Origin: Promethearchaeota archaeon
GTDB taxonomy: Archaea; Asgardarchaeota; Odinarchaeia; Odinarchaeales; JBHLKK01
Assembly (NCBI GenBank): GCA_048939465.1
Contig: JBHLPL010000121.1
Coordinates: 1-5,310, forward strand
DNA length: 5,310 bases
Reading direction: 5' to 3'
Every line of letters begins with the position of its first letter. Within the stretch, counting starts at the first letter, position 1. The position numbers and the translations under genes are program-made. The notes below the pieces were generated by a model. It was given only the letters and a program-made list of their open reading frames with translations, made no database searches and was not told the origin of the DNA. Positions 3,999 through 5,310 of this stretch are shown here, piece by piece.

Positions 3999-5310
3999 GT
4001 GTTGGTTAAGCCGAAACCCAAGACTCTTACAATTGGCTTTATTCTGATACTGGGTCTGCTGGGCTTGCTTACAGCTCAAACTGGAGTATCGCAGACGAAT
4101 GGATCTTCTCCTCATTCTGAAATGGCGTATTTTGCAGTAAGCGGTGACGGAACAGTAACTGGCGGAGTGATAGTCAATGGTACAGATCTCATTCCTGGAA
4201 TTACTTCGAGCTCTCTGGAGGTTCAAAATCTTGTGGCTGCAGCTCTCATTTACTGGGACGGAGATACACCGCCAATACCCGCTGAGCTGTTGAATGAACT
4301 TACGGGAGGGGGAAATGGGAACGGAAGCGACGCAGATGGATTTGGCTCTTTTGGGGACATCGAAGAGCTTCTGAATCTAATTCCCAATCGGATGTTCGTC
4401 ACAGCTTATCCTTCAGATCTTAGCTTACCATCAATTCAATCATATTCTCAGAATCTGGCTGATGACTTTGGCTCAGCTTTTGGGCTGACGTTGACAAAAG
4501 CAAGCGAAATCAACCTGACAATCCCTGAGATGTTCGGAATATACATAACAGAGTATACCTATGTATCCTCGAGTGTTCCGTCTGGCATTCTGACAACGCT
4601 GAGTGGTCTAGGTGGCCTTGCTGAAGTATTTTCATCAGTAACTGATGCCCACTCCACAGCGTATGGAGCTGGCATTATTGGACAAGCACTTGAACCGTTT
4701 TTGAACATAAGTGGGAGCGGTTTTGAGGAGATTTTTGGGCAATCATTTGTCGTGGCCGCGGGAAGATGGGACTTTTATCTGGCCAGCGCAGGGAGTCACA
4801 ATCTCTCAATCAGTGAGCTCGCAGGGCATGTGGGGACTGTTTCATGGGGAACAGACGTAGACACAGCAATGCTCAATGTGATTTTTCCAACTGGAACTAG
4901 CATAACCGATTACTATCCATCAAATATGTCCATGGGTTACGATCCGCCCAACGTCGGCGGAGGGTTCTCAGCAGGCGAGTCATATTCAGATATCTGGATT
5001 CAATTCAACTACACTTTTCCACTGAATCTGTCTGTAACTCGAACCCTAACCATTAATGGGACGCCAGTGACCGATGATTCAATACCTTTAGGAACGCCGA
5101 TAGGAGTAACCATAGAAGTACGGAATCTGGAAGCCAATGAAACCGCCTCCAATGTTGCTCTTGACGACTTTGCTTTCTTTGACAAGTATCCTATGGTTGA
5201 TTATCTGGGTGGGGACCTTGATCCCGGCTACACACTTAGCATAGGCACACTTACCCCTGGACAGAGTGTTACCGTTGATTATGCAATTCGATTCAATGAG
5301 GAAGGAATTT
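3999..5310 (+). CDS. Secreted cell-surface / S-layer-like glycoprotein with DUF11/CARDB-like Ig domain (3' partial, at least 437 codons; absent from the ORF track)
   Basis: I translated every codon from GTG 3999 to 5309 and found no stop; the nearest in-frame upstream stop is TGA 3972. The start is GTG 3999 or TTG 4002. Sec-type signal peptide (M)LVKPKPKT-LTIGFILILGLLGLL-TAQTGVS. There are 11 N-x-S/T sequons, only 2 Lys and 5 Arg after the signal peptide, and no Cys. The end region LSVTRT...LGTPIGVTIEVRN...ETASNVALDD...GTLTPGQSVTVDYAIRFNEEGI follows the DUF11/CARDB-like pattern. Confidence 0.9.
   Translation, partial: MLVKPKPKTLTIGFILILGLLGLLTAQTGVSQTNGSSPHSEMAYFAVSGDGTVTGGVIVNGTDLIPGITSSSLEVQNLVAAALIYWDGDTPPIPAELLNELTGGGNGNGSDADGFGSFGDIEELLNLIPNRMFVTAYPSDLSLPSIQSYSQNLADDFGSAFGLTLTKASEINLTIPEMFGIYITEYTYVSSSVPSGILTTLSGLGGLAEVFSSVTDAHSTAYGAGIIGQALEPFLNISGSGFEEIFGQSFVVAAGRWDFYLASAGSHNLSISELAGHVGTVSWGTDVDTAMLNVIFPTGTSITDYYPSNMSMGYDPPNVGGGFSAGESYSDIWIQFNYTFPLNLSVTRTLTINGTPVTDDSIPLGTPIGVTIEVRNLEANETASNVALDDFAFFDKYPMVDYLGGDLDPGYTLSIGTLTPGQSVTVDYAIRFNEEGI

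Noticed and set aside
3997-4047. Out-of-frame ATG giving a 16-aa peptide (MCWLSRNPRLLQLALF) over the surface gene start
   Set aside because: The ATG is only 1 nt from the SD, too close for efficient use; GTG 3999 or TTG 4002 opens the long frame.
3999-4085. Class III (pilin/archaellin) or lipoprotein signal peptide
   Set aside because: There is no K/R-G/A cleavage motif before the hydrophobic stretch and no Cys; it fits an ordinary Sec/SPI signal.
3975-4226. 83-aa minus-strand ORF
   Set aside because: Antisense to the much longer signal-peptide-bearing frame starting at 3999.

Overview
Archaeal genomic window with five genes. I found no RNA genes, CRISPR array or mobile element. The TBP sequence looks Asgard-like, but that is a recalled resemblance, not a search result. 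Left to right: (1) tbp, TATA-binding protein (+, probable start ATG 137). (2) A convergent ~180-aa hypothetical protein with a basic/aromatic N-terminus (MPLGWFRRKK) and a C-terminal region that aligns by eye to the SCP2 lipid-carrier fold (-). (3) A ~539-aa radical SAM enzyme with a B12-binding-like N-terminal domain; its motifs resemble the archaeal tetraether-lipid-modifying Grs/Gms-like group (-). (4) A 251-aa polytopic membrane protein with an acidic tail (-). (5) A divergently transcribed secreted, acidic surface glycoprotein of at least 437 codons, with 11 N-glycosylation sequons and a DUF11/CARDB-like Ig domain (+, 3999 to the window end); the ORF track omits it because it has no stop inside the window. 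The most interesting hypothesis is a membrane-lipid-modifying radical SAM enzyme paired with an SCP2-like lipid carrier inside a cell-envelope locus. Smaller oddities are a 13-bp tandem repeat carrying both convergent stop codons and a tbp leader with two TATA boxes and mutually exclusive hairpins. All functional calls are motif-level, without database searches.
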